This document shows positions 13,682 through 25,469 of a DNA stretch of 64,000 bases, piece by piece. The notes below the pieces were generated by a model. The model saw only the letters and a program-made list of their open reading frames with translations. It was not told the origin of the DNA and made no database searches. Both the position numbers and the translations under genes were made by a program. The DNA comes from Octopus sinensis (lineage: Eukaryota): positions 124,496,001 through 124,560,000 of the forward strand of contig NC_043000.1 of the NCBI RefSeq assembly GCF_006345805.1, written 5' to 3'. Each line of letters starts with the position of its first letter. Position 1 is the stretch's first letter.

Positions 13682-14017
13682 AAATTTTAATTAAGCAGAA
13701 AATGGAGAAATCAAATTTAAATTTGATTCCTGATAAACTCATGTTTATCTTTGTCATTGCCCGTATCCTATTAGCATGATATGCTTGCATATGTATGCCC
13801 AGGGTTAACATAGGTAGTTATACTGGTAGTATAATGGATAAATATATCCCTTAGATGGTTATTCCAACATCTAACTCTACTAACCTTATATATATATATA
13901 TACACACACATATATACATATATATGCACACACATACACATATATATACACACATATATACACATATATACACACACACTTACACGCATATATATATGCA
14001 CACACACACATATACCT

Positions 14018-14053
<36 letters not shown>

Positions 14054-14131
14054 CTATACACACATATACACATATAAATATATATATGTACATACATATG
14101 TATTTATATGTATCTGATAAATATTAGTATG

Positions 14132-14183
<52 letters not shown>

Positions 14184-14185
14184 AA
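12250..14185. repeat. Compound (TACA)n/(TA)n/(CA)n microsatellite fields
   Basis: Directly visible; source of the MYV/YI/HT low-complexity ORFs. Confidence 0.9.
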
Positions 14186-14238
14186 TTGTTCTAACTAACT
14201 GAAGCTATTGTATAAAAATAAAAGCTATGAGCAGACAT

Positions 14239-14570
14239 TTATTTCAATGGAGTCATTTCTTCCATTTTCTCATTGTCCAGTGGGTTATTGTATTTCGTAA
14301 GGTCTGCTGCAATAATAACTCCATCACTATTAGGTTTTTTAGTCAAAGCTTCCTTCTGCCTTGACATTTCTTTTCCATAGCCATTTAGCAGTGCTAATGG
14401 CGTTGCATATCTTGTCAGATCAGCAGCTATGACAGGTTCAGACTCATTTTTCCTAGCAGCTTCTGTAGTTCTGTTTTTTCGTCCTTCATCATTGGCATCA
14501 GCAGTCGCAGCAGCATCAATATCAATGCTTGCTGTGGCAGAGAGTAATAACCCTTTTCCTTTGAGATTAT
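14239..14570 (-). CDS. Probable terminal coding exon of an unidentified gene (110 aa, possibly a cytoplasmic tail)
   Basis: Strong acceptor TGTTTTTCTTTTTATTTCAG| (AG at 14572-14571), phase 1, open for 332 nt to TAA at 14241-14239. Non-repetitive peptide DNLKGKG...MEEMTPLK with a duplicated IAADLT(R/K)YxxPL motif. Confidence 0.6.
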
Positions 14571-14898
14571 CTGAAATAAAAAGAAAAACATAGAAGACAG
14601 CAGTTAAATGGCAATGTTTATGATTAACAAATGACATTTTGTTTCTTCAATAGATCATTTGTTTTATGTTCATGCACTGACTAAATGAATGATTATTTCT
14701 CCCCCCACATCCCTGCTTCATTGTTAATGAAACCTTAGTGGTAATAAAAGACTATTGATTAATGATTTAGAGTAGTTCAGATATTCTTTTCATTTTTGTT
14801 TTGTCTTCCATGTTTGCTACTTCACTAAGAAACCTTTTTGTCTTTCTTCCTACAAGAGAGTGAGTGAGTAAGAGAGAGAGAGAGTGAGAGAGAGAGAG

Positions 14899-14958
<60 letters not shown>

Positions 14959-15390
14959 TGGGGGAGAAGTTGCATGAAAGAAAGAGTTAGAGAGAATATG
15001 TGTGTGTTTGTGTGTGTTTATGTGTGTTTGTGTATGTGTGTGAGCGTATGTAGGTTTGTGCTTTTGGGAGCAAAACTGGCAAAAGTAAATGAAAACAAGA
15101 AAGCAAATTAATAATTATCCATTAGATTAGATGATGTTTGTTGCAGAGCAGAGTTACATAAAATGGTCCAGAATTGTTCCTGTGTTCATCTATGTTGTTA
15201 TTGTTGCTGTTGGGTGATGATGTTGCTGTCTCCAACACAACAAAGCTGAAACTACTGAAGCAATATCTCTATAACTACCCATTATTGCACTCTCATCTCA
15301 ACATCTTTACTTCATATATTTAACATATGTGAAGTAATATGAATGTATGGGTGCATATACATGTGTATACACACACACACACACACGCAT

Positions 15391-15422
<32 letters not shown>

Positions 15423-18017
15423 TCTCATATACATCATAAATCTCATCATTAGTTTTATGTTAAGTTTCCATACAGGTTTGGGCTATATGGCTCATCACTG
15501 ACTTAGTTCTCATTTGGAGGAGCATACCTTGGTATTTTATTCCATTTTTGGTATGATTTCTATGACTGGGTGCCTTTCCTGATATCAACCACTTAGCAGA
15601 GAATACTGAGTACATTTTATTTTGGTACTGCACTAGAGAAGATTTTATATGTAGGGCAAAACTAAAAGGCCTTATCTACATTGCATGGTCTTCATTCAAT
15701 TGCCAGCCCCATTACTGTGTACTGGGTGAATTTCTTTGTAACACCAGCATTAGAGAAGTTGCCTTGTTCAATGTAAGACTAAAAAGTCCTCTTTACTCTA
15801 TGCAATCTTCATTCCCTATCTGTTCATACTCTTGTGAACAGAAGGGGAATGATGTATGAGCAGAAAGGAAATGATGATCAAGGGGGTGAAAAAGGAGATA
15901 ATATAATGTACTATGGGGGGAAACAGATTGATAGAATGGCAGGAGAGGTGGAGTGGAAGAGAGATAGTGACATGCTGGTTGTTGGTAGTTGGTTGAATAA
16001 GAAGTTGAATAGAAAACAATATGGGGTATATGATGGTATAGCAATAAAGATGTATCAAAGCAAGAGAGTGCAAGTGATGGATAGCAGCAGAGATAGGTGA
16101 ATGACAGTAAGTGGGCAAGCTGGCAGAAACGTTAGCATGCTGGGCGAAATGTTTAGCGGTATTTCATCTGCCATTACGTTCTGAGTTCAAATTCCGCTGA
16201 GGTCGACTTTGACTTTCATCCTTTCGGGGTTGATAAATTAAGTACCAGTTAAGCACTGGGGTCGATGTAATCGACTTAATCCCTTTGTCTGTCCTTGTTT
16301 GTCTACTCTATGTTCAGCCCCTTGTGGGTAGTAAAGAAATAGGTATTTTGTCTGCCATTACGTTCTGAGTTCAAATTCCTCCGAGGTCGACTTTGCCTTT
16401 CATCCTTTTGGGGTCAATTAAATAAGTACCAGGTATGCACTGGGGTTGATATAATCGACTTAATCTGTTTGTCTGTCCTTGTTTGTTCCTTCTGTGTTTA
16501 GCCCCATGTGGGCAGTAAAGAAATAGGTTAATATTGACTAAGAGTTACACAGAGATGGGAGAATGAGGGTTAGTGTTTGAGAGTGATGGTAGCGGGTATT
16601 GAATAAGAGCAGATTCGATGCCATTTTTCATCACAGTGGTGTTGTAATGGAAAAGAGGTAGAGAGATACAGAGGTGACAGTCACAGAGAATACAAGAATA
16701 GTGGTAATGGATGATGATGGAAGGGTTAAATATGGACAGATTAAATGCCATCTCCGTTACACTTGTGTCTTAGTATAAAGGATAAAGTAAGGGTAGCAGA
16801 TAAGAGGATAATGAATAGAACAGTAAATGGGGACAAAAATATGCAAGAGACAAATGATGTATTAAACATTTAAACACCCATTTTGCCATGCTGAACCAAT
16901 CATCTGGGTTCTTTGTTATCTTCTTAAGTCCAACAAACTAATCATGAGCTCACATGCCATCACACACGCATGCATGCACGCATGCACCACCCCCACACAG
17001 ACACACACACACACAGGAAGACACACACAGACATACAAACACATACAAGCTTTTAGTTTCTTATTTCTTTACTGCCCACAAGGGGATATACGCAGAGGGG
17101 ACAAACAAGGACAAACAAACAGATTAAGTCGATTATATTGACCCCAGTGCGTAACAGTTATTTAATTTATCGACTCCAAAGGGATGAAAGGAAAAGTCAA
17201 CCGCGGTGGAATTTGAATTCAGAACGTAGTGGCAGACGAAATACCACTAAGCATTTCGCCCAGCGTGCTAATGTTTCTGCCAACTTGCCATCTTTAAACT
17301 TCTTTTAGTTTCTGTCAACCCAATCCACTGACAAGGCTTCAATAGCATTGTATAGTAGAAGACATTTGACTAAGGTGCCATGCAGTGGGACTGAACCTGA
17401 AACCACAAGGCTGGAAAACAAGCTTCTTAACTACACACCCATATCTGTGCTTATTATACGCAGTGGATGTCAACTTATATTCATACATGACCACTTCTTG
17501 GAAAATTGTAAATGCCTTGAATGTTACCATGGAAACACACCAAAATAGGACAACAACCAGTTGCAGGTAACCAGTTTCAAAATTAGGCAAGTTTTGTTTA
17601 GGTCACCTTTACTAGGTCCTATTTGATTAACAGGTAACCAGTGCTCTCCTTGGAAATAAAAATGAAAATAAAAAAAAGTGCTCATTCCCTTGAGGTGTTG
17701 CCAAATGTTTCCATTACCATAGTTTGAAAAGGAAGCAACCAATATTCCAAGCTGTCTATGTGTATGTTTGCAATTACATACTTCCAGCAGTTCAATCTTG
17801 TATGTGCCTTGATTCTCCATTCCCACAGGTGAGTGATCCGTATGATGTTTTCCAATGACTTCATGTGCACGAAATTGATAACAGTGAGTGAAGCATTCAC
17901 AGAACTTCATTCAGTTTTCAGATTGAACATCTTATCTTCTGGTGGGTCAGCATTTGCTAGGATAACCAAAAGCTGAACAATCCTCAGATTTTACATCAGA
18001 GTACCCTTCTCCTAGAC

Positions 18018-18665
18018 CAGTGTTTCTCAACCATTTTTTACCTAGAGACCCTTATGATGCCTATTTTACTCAGATGAGCTCTTTTAGCTATTCGATATTT
18101 AAAGAATTATTATATTTTTATTATTGAATTTTTATTACTAAATATTACTAGCAGTATCGCCCGGCATTGCTCGGGTTTGTTTCGACCCTTTAGAATTGGA
18201 ATTTTTGAAAAGTAAAAATTTTGCATTATATAGCTTGTTATTCTCTTTAAGTGAACATTTTTCTGGTTGAAATGCACTGAAAAATGGCAACACAGCTGTC
18301 ACAAAATCGTAAAAAAATAGGGATTTTCATAGAAAAAAAGCACCTTTTTGATGTTAATAATTTTTGGTCCAATTTGAATTTTTTCTTCTACGGAATGAAG
18401 AGCAAGCCTTCTTCTATCATACTCTCAATTTTGGTCAACTTGCGTCACAGGGTCACGGAGGAGATAGTGTTAGTTGAAGGCTACCAAACCTGCCATACAC
18501 AGACAACTTCAGCTTTATATATATAGAGATTAGGAATTGTATTAAAAAAATTGTTAAAATATTTTGTGCTTTGTAGAAGTATATCCAATTTATCGCAGAT
18601 AAATTTAAATAACAAAATCTTATGTGGATCCCAAGATCCATATGGAACTTGGTTGAGAACCATTG
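18018..18665. mobile_element. hAT (Buster/Charlie-type) MITE containing a nested Helitron-like element
   Basis: TIRs CAGTGTTTCTCAACC and GGTTGAGAACCATTG; identical 8-bp TSD TCCTAGAC at 18010-18017 and 18666-18673. A degraded relative lies at about 52700-53040. Confidence 0.85.
18147..18530 (+). mobile_element. Non-autonomous Helitron-like element
   Basis: ACTAGCAGTATCGCCCGGCATTGCTCGGG...ACAGACAACTTCAGCTTTATATATATAGAGAT; near-identical inverted copy at 24481-24877. Confidence 0.7.
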
Positions 18666-19064
18666 TCCTAGACAGATGTTCTTATAAGAAATAAGAGCCC
18701 ATTACTCTTATATGGTCCTGCAGTGTGCTTCTTCACCATAATGCACACAATTCTACATCCCTATGCAATTGATAGGTAGTTATTGATTCTATGCAGGGTT
18801 CCTATGTTTTTTTAACGGGTATTGCTATTTGTTTTGCAGGGTTTTAAGCAACTCTCCTCACTAGGAAAGTCTGGTTAGGGATCTACTTTAGCTACCAATA
18901 AGCAAGTCATGCAACATATTGTACCAGACTGTATGGTACCAGTAGCATTCACGAGTGACCTGGCGATTGACTGTCATAATATTCTGTCCTTTAGAATATA
19001 GTAAAACTATATAAATTGTGTGCATTTTCCTTCTTTTATTATATATTTTTTCACTACAACTGAC

Positions 19065-19259
19065 CATGTGAAGAAAGAGAAGAAGACCAATGAAGCCAAG
19101 TGAAATTGTTGTCATGGCGGACACTGGTGTCATGCAACTGGCACCCGTGCTGGTGACACAGCTTGATGCAGTCCCAAAAAACTGGTTCACTAGTCAGCAT
19201 CATTAGACTGTGGTTGGCATAATGGAATAGGAGTTTTATTTGCATATTCAAAAGGTTTC
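19065..19259 (-). CDS. Candidate internal exon (symmetric phase 1, 65 codons)
   Basis: TTTGTTTACAG| acceptor and CATG|GTCAGT donor; 195 nt open frame NLLNMQIKLLFHYANHS...FWDCIKLCHQHGC...NNFTWLHWSSSLSSH. No recognised homology. Confidence 0.3.
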
Positions 19260-19269
19260 CTGTAAACAA

Positions 19270-19300
<31 letters not shown>

Positions 19301-19307
19301 TATATAT

Positions 19308-19360
<53 letters not shown>

Positions 19361-19361
<1 letters not shown>

Positions 19362-19695
19362 GGGAGAGTTCACGAAAAAAACAAAAGACGAAGACAGGTG
19401 GTGTAGACAACAAACAGATGTATTAGTATAACGCTCAGGAATAGAAAAAGTCTTTTACGTTTCAAGCCTATGCTCTTCTACAGAAAGGGACACAGAAAAA
19501 AAACAAGGAGAGAAACAAGGAGAGAAAAAATTGTGTGTAGTGGCTCTCCTTGTTTCTTTCTGTGTTCCTTTCTGTGGAAGAGCGTAGGCTCGAAACATTA
19601 AAGACTTTTTCACTTCCTGAGCATTATACTAACACATCTGTTTGTTGTCTACACCACCTGTCCTTTGTCTTTTGATTCTTTTGTGAATTCTTCCT
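19361..19695. mobile_element. (TA)n-flanked inverted-repeat element with hammerhead-like variant motifs in both arms
   Basis: Arms of about 150 bp. CTTT-CTGT(A/G)GA-A-GAGC-(G/A)TAG-GCT(C/T)-GAAAC-(GT/AT)-(A/T)-AAAG at 19568-19603(+) and 19452-19487(-). Confidence 0.65.
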
Positions 19696-20794
19696 ATATA
19701 TATATATATGTATGTAGTGGTCTGATATACAATTTATCTGTAACCTTGCAGTGTACCCTACAATTTATCTGTTGTCATACAATATGACATATCTGATTTG
19801 TAGTCATACAACCTGTGCATTGCATAATTAAGATTTTAATGAGCTGCTGGTTAACATTTAAACATACCATATCTTTTTACTACCTTCTGGTTACACTGAA
19901 TATACAATGAGCCTATGAGGACAACTCTTTAAGATTGTTTGACCTGCTAGAAATAGCTGCCAAATCTCCCCCAAATCCCATATAGTGTCTTAAATAAAAG
20001 GAAAAGCTATATGAGATAGAATATATTTGATGACATATTAATTTAATCAAGGTTGACATAGACTAAACAACAACAACAACAAACACAAGTGCTCAATATC
20101 AGATTGTTACTTCCAAGGTTAAGGGTATTCTTATTTATTGTTAGCTGTGAAACCTTTTGATACATTGCCAGCTCAACTGGAATCTTGGAAAATGCTTTAA
20201 TGAAACACGGCATAATGCCATCAATAATCATAAAATCAATTAAGGATTCTTCTTGTAAATAACCTCATTAATATTTAAACAAGTTGTATTGTCTTCATTA
20301 ATATGATCTTGTAGTTTGATATCCGGAACATTGAATAAGAGAGTGAAAAGAGAAAAACCTAGCGACACTGGTAAATCGTTTGTGTTGACAAAAATTAATC
20401 AGAGAACCTCGTGATTTTGAATACATTTGTATGTCATGCAGCGAAGAAGAATCTAGCTTTTGGGATTGTCTTTCTGTCTGACAAAGAGAACAATATTATT
20501 TTCTTTTCAGATGAAATGTTAATCCATAAAAACCACATATTCCTTTTTCTTCATGATATGCTAACATATCCAAATGCACAAATTTCAACAAATGAAGAAT
20601 AGTGGGTGTTGGACAAAATGTTTAGTGGCATTTCTTCTGACTATACATTCTGAGTTCAAATGCTGCAGGGGTCGACTTTATCTTTCATTTTTTCAGGGTT
20701 GATAAAATAAGTACATGTTGAGCACTGGGGTCAATGTGCCAAAATTTGAAACTAATAGTTGAAGAACAAATGAAATAATCATTGGACATGCTTG

Positions 20795-21380
20795 GCTATC
20801 TATCTGAGTCTTTATATAGCTATGGTGCGACCTCACCTAGAATTTGTATTATCAGTCTGGAATCCCTATCTTGCCCAGGATATTAATTGCCTGGAAACCG
20901 CCCAGCGACATGCAACCAAGAGAATACCCTCCATCAGGCATGGATACATTGAAACTCCAACGTCTGGCAGCTAACTTGGCAGACACCCATAAGATTATTA
21001 ATCATCTTACTAACAATAACTCTGAGCACCTTTTCAAACTCCACCTGTTTAACACCTGTGGACATGTTTACAAAGTCAGAAAACAGCACAGCTCCCATGA
21101 CTTTCGGAAACATTTTTTCATGCTAAGAGTTGCTGAAGCATGGAACAAACTGCTGGCATCGGTTTTTAGTTGTCGGAGCACTGCATCCTTCAAAAGTTCC
21201 ATGCTTCCTGAGATTTGCCAACACTACACCTGATTTTCTCCCCTCCATACACACACAAGCATGTATCTGACTCATACACAGTTCATTTCCCAGACATTTG
21301 TACATTACTGCATATGCTTTATACGCACTTTTGACAAGTTGTGGTGCACTTGAGCACTGTATACAATAATTTCATTATAT
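20795..21380 (+). mobile_element. CR1/L2-group LINE 3' fragment (same family as 7498-8490)
   Basis: MVRPHLEF..SVWNPYLAQDI and HKIINHLTNNNSEHLF...FRKHFFMLRVAEAWNKL, with an internal deletion. A third 3'-end fragment lies at about 37052-37252(-). Confidence 0.9.
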
Positions 21381-23610
21381 TTAAACTGCAGTAGTTACTC
21401 AGAGGTGTAGAAAGCTCTTATTCTGAAATCTATCACAATGCTGGAAATCCTCCTGTATCATCAACAGGTAACCCAGGGTTACAAGAATTTCGCCTCTTAG
21501 CTTGTACACTTTACTTGAGTTGGGCAGTGAGGACTGAATTAATCTTTGCCTATGGAAGGGTTACATCTGCCGTTTCTTGTCAACTACAACCGCTTTGAGC
21601 TGGTTCCTGCTGCCATGCCTATTCCCCTGGTGGCTTTCTTCAGTTGTGTAGTGGCGATTTGAAACCAAATCACTAGGTATCTGGTCAGACATCACGATCA
21701 AACCATAGCAATTTCACGTGATTAATCTATTAAGCAACCGATCAGTGTCAAGCCATTGCATGATTCAATTTTCTAGAATCTTCTCTCTGTGTATTATAGA
21801 AAGCCACTTTTTGGCACCTTAACTTTTTGCAGAGTATTGAGAATGGCCAGTCCATTCGCTCATCCTCTTGCCAAGCAGGGTATTGAAGGCAGCTAAGAGA
21901 GAAAGATGTGCCTTCACTCTTACTGGGGATATTCATGCTGACCCTTTCCAGGGTCTTCGACAGAACAAACTAAAAATTCACACAATATCTCATAAGTGAC
22001 TTCATTTGACATGGCATGGCTTTTTCCTTCTCTCCTTCGATGTAATTATTGCTGTTATTATTTGCAAAAGTCCAACACAGTTTAAACTTTTCTTGCAATG
22101 ATAAAATCTTCTATTAATTGTTCATGAGTGTTGTTACTTCTTCACACGATCCAAGAAATACATTTATATTTACTAACTTAACAGCCACCATAGCAACGTT
22201 TGATGAAATCCTCAACACACTTGTGACAATTATTTTGGTTGCAGATCACTCTTCTGTAGGAAACAGTGCACCAATTTGGCTACAAAAGCCATATCAGTTG
22301 ACTTCAATAGGAAATGAGACTATGAGCCATCCCCTGTCTTTTTATTGTTCCATCCTGAGCCATGCCTGGCTCATAAGGGCCAGTTTCCCGGCCTCCTTGG
22401 CATATAGGTTCCCCACCTGGATGGGATGCCAGTCCGTCACAGGTGAGCTGCAAGATGCAGGAGGAAAGAGTGAGAGAAAGTTGTGGCGAAAAAGTCAGCA
22501 GAAGTTTGGCATTACCTTCTGCCAGAGCTGCGTGGAGCTTAGGTGTTTCGCTCATAAACACACACATCGCCTGGTCTGAGATTCGAACCCTCGATCCCTC
22601 GACCGCGAGGCCGCTGCCCTAATCACTAGGCCATGTGCCTCCACAACAGATTCTTATAAGTCTCAAAGAAAATTCTTCTGAACATTAGTTATTTTATATT
22701 TTCGACCTGATCAAACTGTAACTTAATTAATTTTTCTATCCCCCACACCTGTTCATCACAGTGACTCATGACTTTTAGGCTACACAATATTATTTGTCAT
22801 TGTATTATTACCTTCTAGAATTTTAGAAATAAAAAATTCTACTCTCTTAAATTATGCACCTTAATACAGTGAAATCGCCTCTAGGTGGTTATTTGACATG
22901 CTAGAATTAGTAGTCAAATCTCCATCAAATCACACCCTTTTAAAAAAAATGTAGGGCACAACACTTTGGATAATGCAGTTTTAGTTATGCTGTTTGATCA
23001 AAAGACAAGACAGCCATGATTGAAACACCTTTTCATCATAAGCATGTTTGATCGTTACTGAACCAATCACTGTAAAATTGAGTCATTATATTTTGAATAA
23101 TTATTAATACTGTTCTGGTGATGAACAGAGAAGTTGCAAAAGAGTAACACTTCTCTAACATTATGAAAATTCCGTTGTTACTTTATTACTGGATATTAAA
23201 ATTTTGTGGTAATTAAAGCTATTTGATAATCATTTCTAAAGGGAATTTGAATAATGCCATTGTCTGCTTGGTAATTTAACAAGGTGTGCTTTTATTTCAG
23301 TACATATTTTACACCTGTGAATATGGCCTTATATTTCTTAAAAGACAAAGCTACTGCTTCTGTTATATACTTTAACTAATAAATTCAATATTTTGTGAAA
23401 CCAATGGACAGATGATGAGGTTCACTACAAAGGAGAGTTTGTGGAACTCAGTCAGACTAAATACAGCATTGTGTATTTTTATTTGAATTCACCAGTATAG
23501 CTATTTTCTTACTGTTGTGTACATTTTTTGCTGATATATCCGTTGTCATCATTGTCGTTCTCATTGTCATCATCATCATCATCATCATCATTGTCACCAT
23601 CATCATCACC

Positions 23611-23646
<36 letters not shown>

Positions 23647-23759
23647 GTCGTCGTCATCATCATCATCATCATCATCATCACCATCATCACCATCATCACC
23701 ATCGTCACCATCGTCACCATCGTCACCATCACCACCATCACCATCACCATCACCACCAC

Positions 23760-23817
<58 letters not shown>

Positions 23818-24480
23818 TCATCATCATCACCATCATAATTTAATGTCTGTTTTCCATGCTGGATAGTTTGATGGAGCTGACAGGGTCAGGAGTTGCACCA
23901 GGTTCCATGGTGTGTTTTTGTATGGTCTCTGCAGCTGGATGCCCTTCTTAATGCCAAATACTTTACAGAATGTACTGGGTGCTTTTTACACGGCGCCATC
24001 GCTAGTGCTTTTTATTTGGCATTAGTACCGGTGCTTTTTGTGTGGTACCACAATCAGTACTTTTTACATGGCGCCGTCACCAATGCTTGGAATATGGAAG
24101 CATCACCCCACCCCCACCACAACCACCACCTTCACCACCACCATCACCACCGTCGTCGTCATCATGATGATGATGATGATCATGATGATGATGATCATCA
24201 TCATCATTTAATATCTGGCTTTCCATGTTTGCGCAGGTCAGGCAAATTTTATTGTGGCAGATTTTCATTCCGCGTTGCCATCTCTCACCTGTTCCCAATC
24301 AAGTAATATGTTTTTCATGTTTTCCATGGAAGACAACAGATGAACATCCTTGCTTGTATGATAATGACACGCGTTTACATCCATCACAAGATGTCTAGAC
24401 AAGGGTACAAAAGTACACCCAACCGTACATACATATACATATATATGAAGGGTGAGGGTATGTCACTGATGAGATTACAA

Positions 24481-24877
24481 ATCTCTCTCTATACATAAAG
24501 CTGAAGTTGTCTGTGTATGGCAGGTTTGGTAGCCTTCAACTAACACTATCTCCTCCGAGACCCTGCGGTGCAAGTTGACCAAAATTGAGAGTATGATAGA
24601 AGAAGGCTTGCTCTTCCTTCTGTAGAAGAAAAAAATTCAAATCGGACCATATTAACATCAAAAATTATTTACATAAAAAAGGTGCTTTTTTTCTATAAAA
24701 ATCCTTATTTTTTACGATTTTTTTACTGCTGTGTCGCCATTTTTCCTCGTATTTCAACCAGAAAAATGTTCACTTAAAGAGAATAACAAGCTACATAATG
24801 CAAAATTTTTACTCTTCAAAAATTCCAATTCTAAAGGGTCGAAACAAACCCGAGAAATGCAGGGCGATACTGCTAGT
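24481..24877 (-). mobile_element. Non-autonomous Helitron-like element
   Basis: Reverse-complement homologue of 18147-18530. Confidence 0.7.
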
Positions 24878-25116
24878 AGTGAATAAAAGGATTCTGACAG
24901 AAAAAACTAACAACAGACTGATTGTTCAGTCAATACATTAAACAAACCATTGGATAGTTAGTTGGTAAAGTAAGGAAGTGGTATTGAACCAGTGTGTTTT
25001 TATTTTAATTATTATTGGCATAATGACTCTCCCTAGATACAAGAAGATTTGTTCCAACTCACAAATTTACGTCAAGAATCTTGCAAACCGAATACAAAAA
25101 CGAATGTGTGTGTGTA

Positions 25117-25163
<47 letters not shown>

Positions 25164-25199
25164 TATAATGGTATAATTACTTTGAAGCATTGTGTAGAA

Positions 25200-25457
25200 T
25201 ATATTGTATAAAGAATCGTGGGTAAGGCCAAAACAATGTGAAGTAAATGCAAGATAAATCACAACGAAACAAATATGTAAATTAATGTAAACTTACCTTG
25301 TATTCAATATTTCAGGGTTTTGACCCCATTTTCAAGAAATTGTTGAATATTGAATACAAGGTAAGTTTACATTAATTCACATATTCGTTTTCTTGTGATT
25401 TACCTAGCATTTACTTCGCCTTGTTTTGGCCTTACCCATGATCCTTTATACAATATA
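25200..25457. mobile_element. (TA)n-flanked imperfect inverted-repeat element
   Basis: Arms of about 115 bp: ATATTGTATAAAGAATCGTGGGTAAGGCC... and ...GGCCTTACCCATGATCCTTTATACAATAT. Confidence 0.7.
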
Positions 25458-25469
25458 TATATGTATATA

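Noticed and set aside
17907-17909. In-frame TGA as selenocysteine
   Set aside because: No redox-like motif around it and no SECIS recognised; a true stop or a pseudogene lesion is more parsimonious.
22560-22645. tRNA gene (also other SINE heads)
   Set aside because: A/B boxes are present, but each continues into a shared SINE body and no complete cloverleaf is evident.
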